A DNA stretch of 25,455 nt from a virus (lineage: Duplodnaviria; Caudoviricetes): IMG/VR virus record IMGVR_UViG_3300040960_001144, positions 1-25,455 of that record; one strand, given 5' to 3'. Made by a program: the position numbers and the translations under genes. Below, piece after piece: positions 25,311 through 25,455 of this stretch; positions within the stretch are counted from its first letter, which is position 1; each line of letters opens with the position of its first letter. The notes under the pieces were generated by a model. That model did no database searches and was not told the DNA's origin. It worked only from the letters and a program-made list of their open reading frames with translations.

Positions 25311-25455
25311 TGGAAGAGATGTTAGAATTGTTGGTTAAACAACTCAAGGTAGAGTTAAGTAAATCATACCAACCGAGAGGATATAACCCCCAAAGGAACA
25401 GACCTGGTCGTCCAAAGACCATAGGTCAATTCCCAAAGAATAACACAGGTAATCT
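25310..25455 (+). CDS. Neck/tail completion protein (3'-truncated, putative)
   Basis: TGATG-coupled ORF MEEMLELLVKQLKVELSKSYQPRG...KNNTGN is open to the window end. Confidence 0.5.
   Translation, partial: MEEMLELLVKQLKVELSKSYQPRGYNPQRNRPGRPKTIGQFPKNNTGN

Noticed and set aside
1-25455. Active stop-codon reassignment
   Set aside because: Genes are intact and tightly packed under the standard bacterial code, so no read-through is needed.

Overview
AT-rich window from a tailed dsDNA phage (Caudoviricetes, probably a siphovirus). The host is most likely in Bacteroidota, judged from two exact TTTG-N19-TAnnTTTG promoters and A-rich translation starts that mostly lack Shine-Dalgarno sequences. The + strand carries a morphogenesis block: a 5'-truncated tail protein, tape measure, a mosaic XkdF-type head protease, scaffold, major capsid, major tail, several Pro/Thr-linker and Gly-repeat fibre or decoration proteins, portal and head-tail adaptor. 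A short - strand accessory block follows, with a WYL-like protein, a wHTH protein, a miniature kinase-like protein, a Zn-ribbon protein and micro-ORFs. After a divergent promoter region come an RHH protein, a replication initiator with an internal ori-like repeat and hairpin, holin-like genes, terS, an HNH cassette, terL, a second HNH, a tail chaperone with a -1 frameshift, and tail completion genes. No integrase, polymerase, endolysin, tRNA or CRISPR array was recognised. The most notable observations are a promoter-to-terminator non-coding unit whose 5' half is antisense to a typical translation start, two promoter classes with leaderless genes, a stand-alone WYL gene, a 117-aa kinase-like protein, paired docking motifs among fibre proteins, apparent GATC avoidance and no TAG stop codons. 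All family calls come from reading motifs by eye; no database search was run.
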